Shown here piece by piece: positions 23,285-36,086 of a stretch of DNA of 64,000 nt. The stretch is from NCBI GenBank assembly GCA_010909165.1, contig VJWM01000016.1:124001-188000 (forward strand), written 5' to 3'. The notes under the pieces are model-generated. The model had not been told where the DNA came from. It made no database searches and saw nothing but the letters and a program-made list of their open reading frames with translations. The position numbers were made by a program, and so were the translations under genes. This stretch comes from Anthoceros angustus. Taxonomy: Eukaryota; Plantae; Anthocerotophyta. Within the stretch, counting starts at the first letter, position 1. The number at the start of each line of letters is the position of its first letter.

Positions 23285-25150
23285 CCAATTTCAAAAGCAT
23301 TATGGTTCGCGTCAGAACGTCACATTCTGCACCCGGGTTCTCTGGGATCGCGTCCCTGCCTTTGAGTACTGGGAGGTGTTGGAGGTACCTCTGCCAAGCC
23401 CTTTCGGTACTCCTCATGGACCTGTTGATCTGAACAACTTCATCGAAACTCTCCACCAGCTTGATATAGGTGTGTGGGAAGCACAGATCTTTGTCCAAAC
23501 GCCTAATGGCCAGGCCCTTGCACGGAACCTGATCTTATGCTCCCTACTTGAGAATGGCATCTGGTGAGCTTGACGACAGTGCCGTGGATGCAGTGATTGC
23601 CATATGGTACTCTGCAGACTTGACTCGAGCCAGTACCTGCTTCTCATGGACACCATCGTTCAGCTTCTAAACACGACTCCTAACACCATACCTTGCCACA
23701 ACTTTCCACCGACACCATCCATGTTCCAACCGCACCGTCACATGCTGGACATACAAGCCGACATGGTGAAGCTCACCCGCAAATACGGCAAAGAGGATCT
23801 ATTATTATTTGGCACTATGAAGCAGATTCTATGCTCGGGTTCCAGCATGTCTGTCAGGATGCATGGGCTTGTGTTGTATAAGTACTTGACACAGATGGGA
23901 CTTTCAAGCTGGGAACCTGACGGTGCAACTCAGGAAGGGGTTTCGGAATTCATGACCGTCTGGATGGAATCGATGCGTTTCTGCTGGGGCACATTACTCT
24001 GCACTGGAAATGTTTGGTGAGTCGGGCTGCTTCTGCCGTTTGCAGCTCAATTCTACGGTAACCACCATTGCCTCCCCAACCCAACTCTGGTGTCAGCCAT
24101 TGACAACCCACGTGTTGGCTGGTCAGCCGTAGGGCGGCTTGAACCTCTATGTGGTTGGCCTATCCACCACGTAATGGACCAGGTATGCTTCCACGTCCAG
24201 GCTTGAGATGTCTACAATTGCCATCTTACCTTCAACGGAGTGCAACAGGGTGCTGAAGCTGCTATGCAGTCCTAACAAGTGGAAATTGTGCAACCTCTAG
24301 GTCACGAGCAACGATATTCTTGGCAGCAGGCGTCATGGTGTTCCCGGCAACGACCTCTACGGAAGTTTGTTCTTCCACATTCGAGACCGCATTCTATCTG
24401 CTGTTGCGAAGATTAGGCAGGCAAGATAGCATTTCATTTCTCCGATCACCAAAGCCGTGTTCAGTGTCTCAACGACTTGATTACAGAGGGGCCCGGCACA
24501 GGGTCTATTCATATCGCGCGGGCAGATTTCACGACCTTTGAAGACGTCGGCCAAAGCTCCAGTATACCCAAAGAGACCACCTTACTAGAGAACCCCCTAA
24601 TGCACCAGGTGTTAGTTGACGGCGGTGCAGTGATAATGCTGACCAAACCCACTAATTTTTCGACAAGGAACTTGAAGGCTGCCGATTCGCAGTTTCGAAA
24701 ATTCATGTTAAAGTTCCCGTCCGACAAGTTTGCAATGAAGCTGTTCAAGCTCGCCACGTCCAACGAAAAGGGCAGGGATCTCATCGCTGAGCTACTTCTT
24801 CCTCAGGATGCCTACATGAAGGAGAAGATGATGGAGCTTCAAAAGGTGCGCGAAGTGTGGAGTTGCAGACTGTCCCTTCTCCGCCAGCCTACCAGCCATT
24901 CATGATCTACAGAACGCCTCTTCCTACAGCAATGCCGAAACCTGCCAAAATGTCCTCGAGCGAGGAGAAGGCCAACACGGTGGCTAAAGCCGCTGAGAAG
25001 GCCGCTGAACCGGACGAAGAACCGAAGCAAGTGTGGCAGGGGATGCTCGCTAAAATCAGCACAGCCGAGGAGTGCTACATGCAAGTTATGCTCACACTTC
25101 TTGAACATTGCGAAATGTTCCTGGAGGTTAGGAAAAAGGCGTCCATCTAG
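23285..25150 (+). pseudogene. MYND/DUF4470 gene copy 2 (5'-truncated)
   Basis: Restarts at the equivalent of ~21358 via a CAATTTC(C)AAAA microhomology. Near-identical to copy 1 with a different set of indels. Confidence 0.85.
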
Positions 25151-25237
25151 TCCTACCTACATTGACAAGTGATTGCCCGGAGCGGATGATAGGCCAATTT
25201 CAAAATGCGGCGGTAACTGGTGTTCCTTGCTGTGTCC

Positions 25238-25983
25238 CTAGAGCTCAGACCTGGCTGCTTCACTCTCTGGTCCTGTTACTACACTCCTTTGAAACCAGTC
25301 ACGACAATGCCTCCCTGTCCTTATGATGTCTGAGATTTGAGAGTCGAGAAATATGAGGCCAAGAATGATCCACTGTGAAAGAAAGACACCAGCAATTTCA
25401 ATTGGCCTCCAGTACCACCTCTGCAATCTTCTTTGCACTGGCGTCATTGACAGGTCCGACGACCATATGTCCTGGTGTATCGGTTCACGGGACATTTGAC
25501 TTGCTGGGATGACTTCCACTTTCTCATGAAATGAGAGGTTCCGAAGGTTCTGCAGTGAGGACATGCGGGTGATAAATACAGCAAGGCACCCCTGTTTAAT
25601 AGCATAGCAAGCCCTCTCAATGTTAAAACCTACTCAACTTGTTGCGGAAAAACTTACACGCTTATGTTCATGGATATGGCTGGGAGGACAGCATACCTGG
25701 GAAGCTCCTCCTATTTGAAGTTGAGTCACAACTAGCACTGAGGACGTACTTTGAATGTAACTATAGGTTTGATCTGCATCAACTTGACGTCTGACAGTTG
25801 ATCCAGATCAATAGTGATGCTCACATACGAAAGCCACGAACAGGACATGTTGTAGGAGTCGTCAGCAAAGTGCACAGAAACACTGCTCAGGCATCCTAGC
25901 GCTATAAAGCCTGGGCCAGCAGTGCGCAGTTGACCTTGCAGATCGCGGCTGTCACCTGGACACACACTTTTCAGAGAATTCAA
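25238..25983 (-). pseudogene. Unknown coding-like region convergent with the MYND gene (copies at ~30208-30931; diverged paralogue ~34582-35247)
   Basis: Peptides VHFADDSxNMSCSxWLSYVSITxDLDQxxDVKLMQIKPIVTF and QRWYWRPIxIAGVxLSQWIILGL are shared by the paralogues, with 3- and 6-bp indels. Confidence 0.35.
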
Positions 25984-26179
25984 AGTGGATCAAGAACGCC
26001 AACACTGCATCAGTTAACTACATAGGAAGCAAGACCTCTCTAGTACAAATTTTACCAACTCACCTGACTAAAGACGTCTTGGTTAGTTGATTGAACGCTT
26101 CACTGTGCAGCTACGCAGCAGGGGGCCTTACATGCGATACCTCTGGAAGGGAAATTACCCCATGCCCTCCTGGGGGCAC

Positions 26180-27465
26180 CCCCGTCACCACATCTTTCTG
26201 ACCAAGTTTCTGAAACACTCTCTGAGCGTCTTGCACGCTGCCACACTTTGCATACATGTTCACCAAACTGCTCACAAACACGTGATGTTCATGTCCACCT
26301 TCTCTGATCTGCGCAAAAAGCTGCCTCCGCTTTTCCAAAGCTCGAGTACCCACATTTGCACATGCCTGCAGAAGGCACACAAAAGTGACCGCATTTGGCA
26401 CCGCCATGCCTTATTCTGGCGTAGCACTGTAGAGCCGAAGGGCCTCCTCCCCCTACCCTTCTGCGAATACAATGTTATCATGGCATTCCAAAGTCACCAC
26501 ATCTTTCTCACAAAGCGCATCAAACGCTCTCAGCTGGGCGTCCTCCAAGCTGCCACTCTTTGCATGCATATCCACCAGGCAGGTACAAATGAACACGTCA
26601 GTTTCAAGCCCACTAGCCAACACACCAGCATGCACCTGCTGTCCGGCCTTCAAGTCCGACCCCCTCGCGCAAGCTGAAGAGCTGCCACAAACACATGCCC
26701 ATCCGGCTTCACACCGAATCTCCGCATCCGACCATACAGCTCTATGGCCTGCTTGTCTTGCCTTTGTCTAACATGCGCTGAAATTATCGCAGGCCACGTA
26801 CAGTCGTTCTCAGCGCCCTCAAACGCTCCATCGCGTCTTGCATGCCACGAAAAGCATACATCCGCAGAATGTGGAACCCCAGGATGGTGTCCCCTGATGC
26901 CCTGTTCCACCACCAAAGCATGCACCTGGCTCCCCAGCCCAACATCCTTCTTGGCCACACATTTCTTCAGCACATTGGTAAAGAGAGACTTGGAGACACC
27001 ACGGTCCGTCCGCACCAGAACCTCCAGAGCCTCAACAGCTTCAACAAGACGGCCATCACGACACAGCTTGCTCACGGTCTCGCCGTCACACCTGCACCCT
27101 GCATCCGCCCCGCCTTGACATCCAGAGCAGCAAGCGAATCCACCCAAGCTGGCTTGGAGCAGTAGTGCAGGAGAGGACGTCCTGAATGCCTGTGCCTGTG
27201 GAGTCAGGCGAGCCAAGGCTCGCCATACCCCGCCTGTCATCCCACCAAAGTGATGGGTTGTGAAAAATTGCCGCCACAGGGTGTCCTGGCCCTGGCGGAG
27301 ACCCTGGCAGGCGGGTCCGTCTCCATCCAGACCTGTTCTTGCACAGTCTATCTGTGTCACAAAGTTGCTGCATCTCCCGACTTGGTTGTGCTCCAAGGGC
27401 TGCTGGTTCCTGGAAGCCAGGCGAACTGACGCTTGTTCCACAATGCCCGTTAACCTTCCAACCAT
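26180..27465 (-). pseudogene. Truncated, diverged paralogue of PPR B (N-terminus with PDF motif plus ~2 triplets)
   Basis: Real substitutions versus PPR B (EQASVRLASRNQQPLEH vs ERASARLASRNQQSLAH; ETDVFICTCLVDM vs EPNVFICSGLVDM). Frameshifted, with no E domain. Confidence 0.8.
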
Positions 27466-27661
27466 GGTTCGCAGGAGCACTCCATCTGGCAGAGCGTGAA
27501 AGGAGCCCACCCAAGGACCTCAACAGTCACAAATTGAAACCATATTGACGAGACTTAGAGTTGAAGCACTTCGTCTCTCGATTTGGGTGGAGCTGCAGGC
27601 ACGTGAAATGTCGGCCCCTGGGTGCTTGTTCAGTCTTTGAGGCATTTTCTTGTGAGCGCCA

Positions 27662-30120
27662 ATGGATTGCACAAATACTTCGTGGGGGATCTTCTACTCC
27701 CATTCCATGAAGATGGCCAACCTCAAGAAAACAGCAGTTCCGTTGATGGACTTGACAGACTTGTCAGATGTAATTGAGCCGCTTCCAGCACGCCCAAGAT
27801 CAAATCTCTGGTGGCGGAGTGTGAGAGGCGTTTTCCTCAGCTGGCTGCGGAATTAGGAGAGTTCGAGGATGCGGCTGACACTGCCCATGATGATCCAGAG
27901 GCAGATTCAAGCGCAGCTTCCGGCACCCTCTTTATCCGCTGCAGGCTCGGTGTCAACGCACCGAGAGGATCCTGCTCTCCATAGCGAGGCTCTGCTTGTC
28001 GCAAGGGATATACCTGGCCATCTTCTTCTCGTTCCTCAACCACCTCCGCGCTACGGGCAAAGGCGTCCGTTACGGATCGGGCGTGTTTCTGGAGTCACTG
28101 GGAGACTACCCTGTGCAACCTGAGTCCGCAGTACAGCAGCAAGTGTTGCCAGGCCAGCGCAGATTTGCCCTGGTTGTGAGCTGGTTGCATATTGCAGTGG
28201 AGTGCTGGAAAGCGCACTGGGATCTGGTGCATAAATTTGACTGCGCAAGAGCTATGGGACCTCTCTCGCGTGAGAATCTGAGGAGGAGGCAATTTCCAAA
28301 AGCATTATGGTTCGCGTCAGTCACATTCTGCACCCGGTTCTCTGGGATCGCGTCCCTGCCTTTGAGTACTGGGAGGTGTTGGAGGTACCTCTGCCAAGCC
28401 CTTTCGGGTCCTCATGGACCTCTGATCTGAACAACTTCATCGAAACTCTCCACCAGCTTGATGTGTGGGAAGCACAGATCTTTGTCCAAACGCCTAATGG
28501 CCAGGCCCTTGCACGGAACCTGATCTTATGCTCCCTACTTCTGAGAATGACATCTGGTGAGCTCGACGACAGTGCCGTGGATGGAGTGATTGCCATATGG
28601 TACTCTGCTGACTTGACTCCGAGCCAGTACCTGCTTCTCATGGACACCATCGTTCAGCTTCTAAACACGACTCCTAACACCATACCTTGCCACAACTTTC
28701 CACCGACACCATCCATGTTCCAACCGCACCGTCACATGCTGGACATACAAGCCGACATGGTGAAGCTCACCCGCAAATACGGCAAAGAGGATCTATTATT
28801 ATTTGGCACTATGAAGCAGATTCTATGCTCGGGTTCCAGCATGTCTGTCAGATGCATGGGCTTGTGTTGTATAAGTACTTGACACAGATGGACTTTCAAG
28901 CTGGGAACCTGACGGTGCAACTCAGGAAGGGGTTTCGAATTCATGACCGTCTGGATGGAATCGATGCGTTTCTGCTGGGGGCATTACTCTGCACTGGAAA
29001 TGTTTGGTGAGTCAGGGCTGCTTCTGCCGTTTGCAGCTCAATTCTACGGTAACCACCATTGCCTCCCCAACCCAACTCTGGTGTCAGCCATTGACAACCC
29101 CACGTGTTGGCTGGTCAGCGGGCGGCTTGAACCTCTATGTGGTTGGCCTATCCACCACGTAATGGACCAGGTATGCTTCCACGTCCAGGCTTGAGATGTC
29201 TACAATTGCCATCTTACCTTCAACGGAGTGCAACAGGGTGCTGAAGCTATGCAGTCCTAACAAGTGGAATTGTGCAACCTCTAGGTCACGAGCAACGATA
29301 TTCTTGGCAGCAGGCGTCATGGTGTTCCGGCAACGACCTCTACGGAAGTTTGTTCTTCCACATTCGAGACCGCATTCTATCTGCTGTTGCGAAGATTAGG
29401 GCAGGCAAGATAGCATTTCATTTCTCCGATCACCAAAGCCGTGTTCAGTGTCTCAACGACTTGATTACAGAGGGGCCCGGCACAGGGTCTATTCATATCG
29501 CGCGGGCAGATTTCACGACCTTTGAAGACGTCGGCCAGCAGTATACCCAAAGAGACCACCTTACTAGAGAACCCCTAATGCACCAGGTGTTAGTTGACGG
29601 CGGTGCAGTAATGCTGACCAACCCACTAATTTTCGACAAGGAACTTGAAGGCTGCCGATTCGCAGTTTCGAAAATTCATGTTAAAGTTCCGTCCGACAAG
29701 TTTGCAATGAAGCTGTTCAAGCTCGCCACGTCCAACGAAAAGGGCAGGGATCTCATCGCTGAGCTACTTCTTCCTCAGGATGCCTACATGAAGGAGAAGA
29801 TGATGGAGCTTCAAAAGGTGCGCGAAGTGTGGGAGTTGCAGACTGTCCCTTCTCCGCCAGCCTACCAGCCATTCATGATCTACAGAACGCCTCTTCCTAC
29901 AGCAATGCCGAAACCTGCCAAAATGTCCTCGAGCGAGGAGAAGGCTAACACGGTGGCTAAAGCCGCTGAGAAGGCCGCTGAACCGGACGAAGAACCGAAG
30001 CAAGTGTGGCAGGGATGCTCGCTAAAATCAGCACAGCCGAGGAGTGCTACATGCAAGTTATGCTCACACTTCTTGAACATTGCGAAATGTTCCTGGAGTT
30101 AGGAAAAGGCGTCCATCTAG
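27662..30120 (+). pseudogene. MYND/DUF4470 gene copy 3 (full length, many small deletions)
   Basis: Collinear with 20709-23241; numerous 1-4 bp deletions, mostly in homopolymers. Confidence 0.85.
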
Positions 30121-31124
30121 TCCTACCTACATTGACAAGTGATTGCCCGGAGCGGATGATAGGCCAATTTCAAAATGCGGCGGTAACTGGTGTTCCTTGC
30201 TGTGTCCCTAGAGCTCAGACCTGGCTGCTTCACTCTCTGGTCCTGTTACTACACTCCTTTGAAACCAGTCACGACAATGCCTCCCTGTCCTTATGATGTC
30301 TGAGATTTGAGAGTCGAGAAATATGAGGCCAAGAATGATCCACTGTGAAAGAAAGACACCAGCAATTTCAATTGGCCTCCAGTACCACCTCTGCAATCTT
30401 CTTGCACTGGCGTCATTGACAGGTCCGACGACCATATGTCCTGGTGTATCGGTTCACGGGACATTTGACTTGCTGGATGACTTCCACTTTCTCATGAAAT
30501 GAGAGGTTCCGAAGGTTCTGCAGTGAGGACATGCGGGTGAAATACAGCAAGGCACCCCTGTTTAATAGCATAGCAAGCCCTCTCAATGTTAAAACCTACT
30601 CAACTTGTTGCGGAAAAACTTACACGCTTATGTTCATGGATATGGCTGGGAGGACAGCATACCTGGGAAGCTCCTCCTATTTGAAGTTGAGTCACAACTA
30701 GCACTGAGGACGTACTTTGAATGTAACTATAGGTTTGATCTGCATCAACTTGACGTCTGACAGTTGATCCAGATCAATAGTGATGCTCACATACGAAAGC
30801 CACGAACAGGACATGTTGTAGGAGTCGTCAGCAAAGTGCACAGAAACACTGCTCAGGCATCCTAGCGCTATAAAGCCTGGGCCAGCAGTGCAGTTGACCT
30901 TGCAGATCGCGGCTGTCACCTGGACACACACTTTTCAGAGAATTCAAAGTGGATCAAGAACGCCAACACTGCATCAGTTAACTACATAGGAAGCAAGACC
31001 TCTCTAGTACAAATTTTACCAACTCACCTGACTAAAGACGTCTTGGTTAGTTGACGGTGCAACTCAGGAAGGGGTTTCGAATTCATGACCGTCTGGATGG
31101 AATCGATGCGTTTCTGCTGGGGCA

Positions 31125-31913
31125 CCCCGTCACCACATCTTTCTGACCAAGTTTCTGAAACACTCTCTGAGCGTCTTGCACGCTGCCACACTTTGCATAC
31201 ATGTTTACCAAACTGCTCACAAACACGTGATGTTCATGTCCACCTTCTCTGATCTGCGCAAAAGCTGCCTCCGCTTTTCCAAAGCTCGAGTACCCACATT
31301 TTGCACATGCCTGCAGGAGGCACACAAAAGTGACCGCATTTGGCACCGCCATGCCTTATTCTGGCGTAGCACTGTAGAGCCGAAGGGCCTCCTCCCCTAC
31401 CCTTCTGCGAATACAATGTTATCATGGCATTCCATGTCACCACATCTTTCTCAAAGCGCATCAAACGCTCTCAGCTGGGCGTCCTCCAAGCTGCCACACT
31501 TTGCATACATATCCACCAGGCAGGTACAAATGAACACGTCAGTTTCAAGCCCACTAGCCAACACCAGCATGCACCTGCTGTCCGGCCTTCAAGTCCGACC
31601 CCTCGCGCTGAAGAGCTGCCACAAACACATGCCCATCCGGCTTCACACCGAATCTCCGCATCCGACCATACAGCTCTATGGCCTGCTTGTCTTGCCTTTG
31701 TCTAACATGCGCTGAAATTATCGCAGGCCACGTACAGTCGTTCTCAGCGCCCTCAAACGCTCCATCGCGTCTTGCATGCCACGAAAAGCATACATCCGCA
31801 GAATGTGGAACCCCAGGATCGTTTGCGCCTCCCTCCGTCTCCATCCAGATCTGCTCTTGCACTTGTGTCACAAAGTTGCTGCATCTCCCGACTTGGTTGT
31901 GCTCCAAGGGCTG
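31125..31913 (-). pseudogene. Repeat of the truncated PPR B paralogue fragment
   Basis: Near-identical to ~26180-26885 and ~27315-27403. Confidence 0.8.
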
Positions 31914-32999
31914 CTTCTGCCGTTTGCAGCTCAATTCTACGGTAACCACCATTGCCTCCCCAACCCAACTCTGGTGTCAGCCATTGACAACCCACGTGTT
32001 GGCTGGTCAGCCAGCAGGGCGGCTTGAACCTCTATGTGGTTGGCCTATCCACCACGTAATGGACCAGGTATGCTTCCACGTCCAGGCTTGAGATGTCTAC
32101 AATTGCCATCTTACCTTCAACGGTGCAACAGGGTGCTGAAGCTGCTATGCAGTCCTAACAAGTGGAAATTGTGCAACCTCTAGGTCACGAGCAACGATAT
32201 TCTTGGCAGCAGGCGTCATGGTGTTCCGACCTCTACGGAAGTTTGTTCTTCCACATTCGAGACCGCATTCTATCTGCTGTTGCGAAGATTAGGGCAGGCA
32301 AGATAGCATTTCATTTCTCCGATCACCAAAGCCGTGTTCAGTGTCTCAACGACTTGATTACAGAGGGGCCCGGCACAGGGTCTATTCATATCGCGCGGGC
32401 AGATTTCACGACCTTTGAAGACGTCGGCCAAAGCTCCAGTATACCCAAAGAGACCACCTTACTAGAGAACCCCTAATGCACCAGGTGTTAGTTGACGGCG
32501 GTGCAGTGATAATGCTGACCAAACCCACTAATTTTCGACAAGGAACTTGAAGGCTGCCGATTCGCAGTTTCGAAAATTCATGTTAAAGTTCCCGTCCGAC
32601 AAGTTTGCAATGAAGCTGTTCAAGCTCGCCACGTCCAACGAAAAGGGCAGGGATCTCATCGCTGAGCTACTTCTTCCTCAGGATGCCTACATGAAGGAGA
32701 AGATGATGGAGCTTCAAAAGGTGCGCGAAGTGTGGAGTTGCAGACTGTCCCTTCTCCGCCAGCCTACCAGCCATTCATGATCTACAGAACGCCTCTTCCT
32801 ACAGCAATGCCGAAACCTGCCAAAATGTCCTCGAGCGAGGAGAAGGCCAACACGGTGGCTAAAGCCGCTGAGAAGGCCGCTGAACCGGACGAAGAACCGA
32901 AGCAAGTGTGGCAGGGATGCTCGCTAAAATCAGCACAGCCGAGGAGTGCTACATGCAAGTTATGCTCACACTTCTTGAACATTGCGAAATGTTCCTGGA
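31907..32999 (+). pseudogene. MYND/DUF4470 gene copy 4 (3' part only)
   Basis: Matches ~22114-23217; bounded by microhomologies AGGGCTGCT and GTTCCTGGA. Confidence 0.82.
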
Positions 33000-33104
33000 A
33001 GCCAGGCGAACCGACGCTTGTTCAGCAGACCCGTTTTATCTTTGCTGAGAAGTCTGAGAAGTTTACATCTCTGAGGTCTGGAGATCGGATCCAGAGTGAA
33101 CTTA

Positions 33105-33177
33105 TAGATCTGAACAACTTTCAGATCAATTTTTAGATCTGAACAACTTTCAGATCAATTTTAGATCTGAACAACTT
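33105..33177. repeat. ~28-bp tandem repeat (TAGATCTGAACAACTTTCAGATCAATTTT) x ~2.5
   Basis: Directly visible; the unit contains the DLNNF codons of the MYND gene. Confidence 0.8.
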
Positions 33178-34423
33178 CATCGAAACTCTTGATATAGGAT
33201 ATGTGGGGGGGAGCACAGATCTTTGTCCAAACGCCTAATGGCCAGGCCCTTGCACGGAACCTGATCTTATGCTCCCTACTTCTGAGAATGACATCTGGTG
33301 AGCTCGACGACAGTGCCGTGGATGGAGTGATTGCCATATGGTACTCTGCTGACTTGACTCCGAGCCAGTACCTGCTGCTCATGGACACCAACGTTCAGCT
33401 TCTAAGCACGACTCCTAACACCCTACCTTGCCACAGCTTTCCACCGCCACCATCCATATTCCAGCAGCACCGTCACATACTGGATATATCAGCCGACATG
33501 GTAACGCTCACCCGCAAATATGGCAAAGAAGATCTGTTATTTGGAATAATGAAGCAGATTCAATGCTCGGGTGCCAGCATGTCTGTCAGGATGCATGGGC
33601 TTTGTGTTGTTTAAGTACTTGACACAGATGGGACTTGCAAGCTTAGAACCTGAGGCTGCAAGTCGGGAAGGGGCTTTTGGAATTCATGACCGTCAGAATG
33701 GAATCGATGGGTTGCTGCTGGAGCCACATTACTCTGCACTGGAAAAGTTTGGTGAGTCAGGGCTGCTTCAGCCGCTTGCAGCTCAATCCTATGGTAACCA
33801 CCATTGCCTCCCCTGCAACCCGACTCTGGTGTCAGCCATTGACAACCCACGTGTTGGCTGGTCAGCCGTAACGGGACGGCTTGAACCTCTATGTGGTTGG
33901 CCTATCCACCAGGTAATGGTATGCTTCCTTGTCCAATCTTGAGGTGTCTAGTTTTGCACATGTTATCCTTCTCGGACTGCAACCGGGCGCTTAAGCTGGT
34001 ACGCAGTCCTAACAAGTGGGAATTGTGGAACTTCTAGGTTATGAGCAACGATATTCATGGCGGGAGGCATCGAGTTATCATGGTGTTCCCGGCAACGATC
34101 TCTAGGAATTTCAAGAGCTACACGAATGGGAGTTTCCGTCTGTCTCTTCTCCGCTAATTTACCAGCCATTCATGATCTACAGAACGCCTCTTCCTACAAC
34201 AATGCCAAAACCTGCCAACGTGTCCTCGAAAAAGATGAAGGCGAAAAGGAAGGCTAAAGCCACTGAAAAGGCCGCTGAACCAAAGCAAGTGTGGCCGGGG
34301 ATGCTCTCTAACATCAGCACACCCGAGGAGTGCTACATGCACGTTATGTTTACAGATCTTTGGCATACTGAAATGATAATGGAGGTTAGTAAAAAGGCGT
34401 CCATCCAGTCCTACTTTCATTGA
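33165..34423 (+). pseudogene. Diverged MYND/DUF4470 paralogue with large exon-2 deletion
   Basis: Many substitutions (TNVQLLSTTPNTLPCHSF; KKASIQSYFH*). Jumps from the NDL motif at ~34100 to YQPFMIY at ~34160. A fragment is repeated at ~35521-35799. Confidence 0.8.
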
Positions 34424-36086
34424 CAAGTGATTGCTCGGAGCTGATGATGGGCCAATTTCAAAATGCGGTGTTCCTTGCTCTGTGTCTCTTGAGCTCAGAC
34501 CTCGCTGCTTCACTCTCTGGTCCTGTTACTACACTCCTTTGAAACCAGTGAGGACAATGGCCTGCCGGTCCTTACGATGTCTCAGACTGAGAGTCGAGAA
34601 ATCAGGCCCAGAATGATCCACTGTGAAAGAAGGACACCAGCAATTTTAATTGGCCTCCAGTACCACCTCTGAGCAATCTTCTTCTCATTGGCGTCATTGA
34701 CAGGTCGGATGACCATTTGTCCCAGTTGTTTCGGTTCAAGGGACATTTCGTGACTTGCTGGGATGACTTCCACTCTCTCATGAATTTCCGAAGGTTCTGC
34801 AATGAGGACATGCGTGTGATCAACAGAGCAAGGCACCCTTGCGTAATAGCATAGCAAGGCGTCTCGATGTTGAAACCTACTCAACTTGTTGCGGGAAAAC
34901 GTACACGCTTACTTTCATGCATATGGCTGGGAGGACAGCATACCTGGGAAGCACTTCCTATTCGAAGTTGAGTCACAGCTAGCACTGAGGACGTAATTAC
35001 CGGGCATCTGTATGGGAAATGTGACAATAGGTTTGATCTGCATCAACTTGACGTCTGGCGGTTGATCCAGATCACTAGTGATGCTCACATACGAAAGCCA
35101 CATTGAACAGGACATGTTGCAGGAGTCATCAGCAAAGTGCACAGCAACAGTGCGCAGGCACCCTGGCGCTATAAAGCCAAAGCCTGGGCCTGCAGCGCGC
35201 AATCGACCTCGCAGATCATGGTTGTCACCTGCACACTCACCTATCAAAAGACTTCAAAGTGGATCAAGAACGCCAATACCTGCATCAGTTAACTACATAG
35301 GAAGCTAGACCTTCTACTACAAATTTGGCCAACTCTTCTGACTGCAGACCGTCTGCCTTGGTCTGATGATTGAAAGCTTCACAATTCAGCTATGCACGAG
35401 GGGGCTTCACATGTGATACGTCTGGAAGGGGCAATTACCAGCAGCGTAGTATGAAGGGGCAATTACCATAGGGTCGTGATTGTGTAGGGAAAGCAGTGAC
35501 CGCCGTAGCAAATACAAATAGCTTGAACCTCTATGTGGTTGGCCTATCCACCAGGTAATGGTATGCTTCCTTGTCCAATCTTGAGGTGTCTAGTTTTGCA
35601 CATGCTCGGACTGCAACCGGGCGCTTAAGCTGGTACGCAGTCCTAACAAGTGGAATTGGAACTTCTAGGTTATGAGCAACGATATTCATGGCGGGAGGCA
35701 TCGAGTTATCATGGTGTTCCCGGCAACGATCTCTAGGAATTTCAAGAGCTACACGAATGGGAGTTTCCGTCTGTCTCTTCTCCGCTAATTTACCAGCCAC
35801 GCAAACGACATTTGATTCCCAGGGTTCCCTCTCGAATTCATTAGCTCAGCTCCGCTGTGGAGAGATGATAGAAGCGAATAAAGACGGGGTTTGCAATCCC
35901 TAGGACTTTTCCTCCTTCATCTTAACCTCCATAAGGCGGTAGGTCTAGATGTACAATTCCGACAAGTAGGATGAAGTTTGTGATTAAAAGAAGAATTAAA
36001 ATTACAGCTAATCGTCTCTCTCAAACGAATCTTTTAAAACGTGTTGGACGGGAAGAGCACCACCACCAACATACCATGTGCTCGAG

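Noticed and set aside
20709-33000. Programmed frameshifting or RNA-editing repair of the many frameshifts
   Set aside because: Indels are in homopolymers and differ between near-identical copies, as expected from sequencing error.
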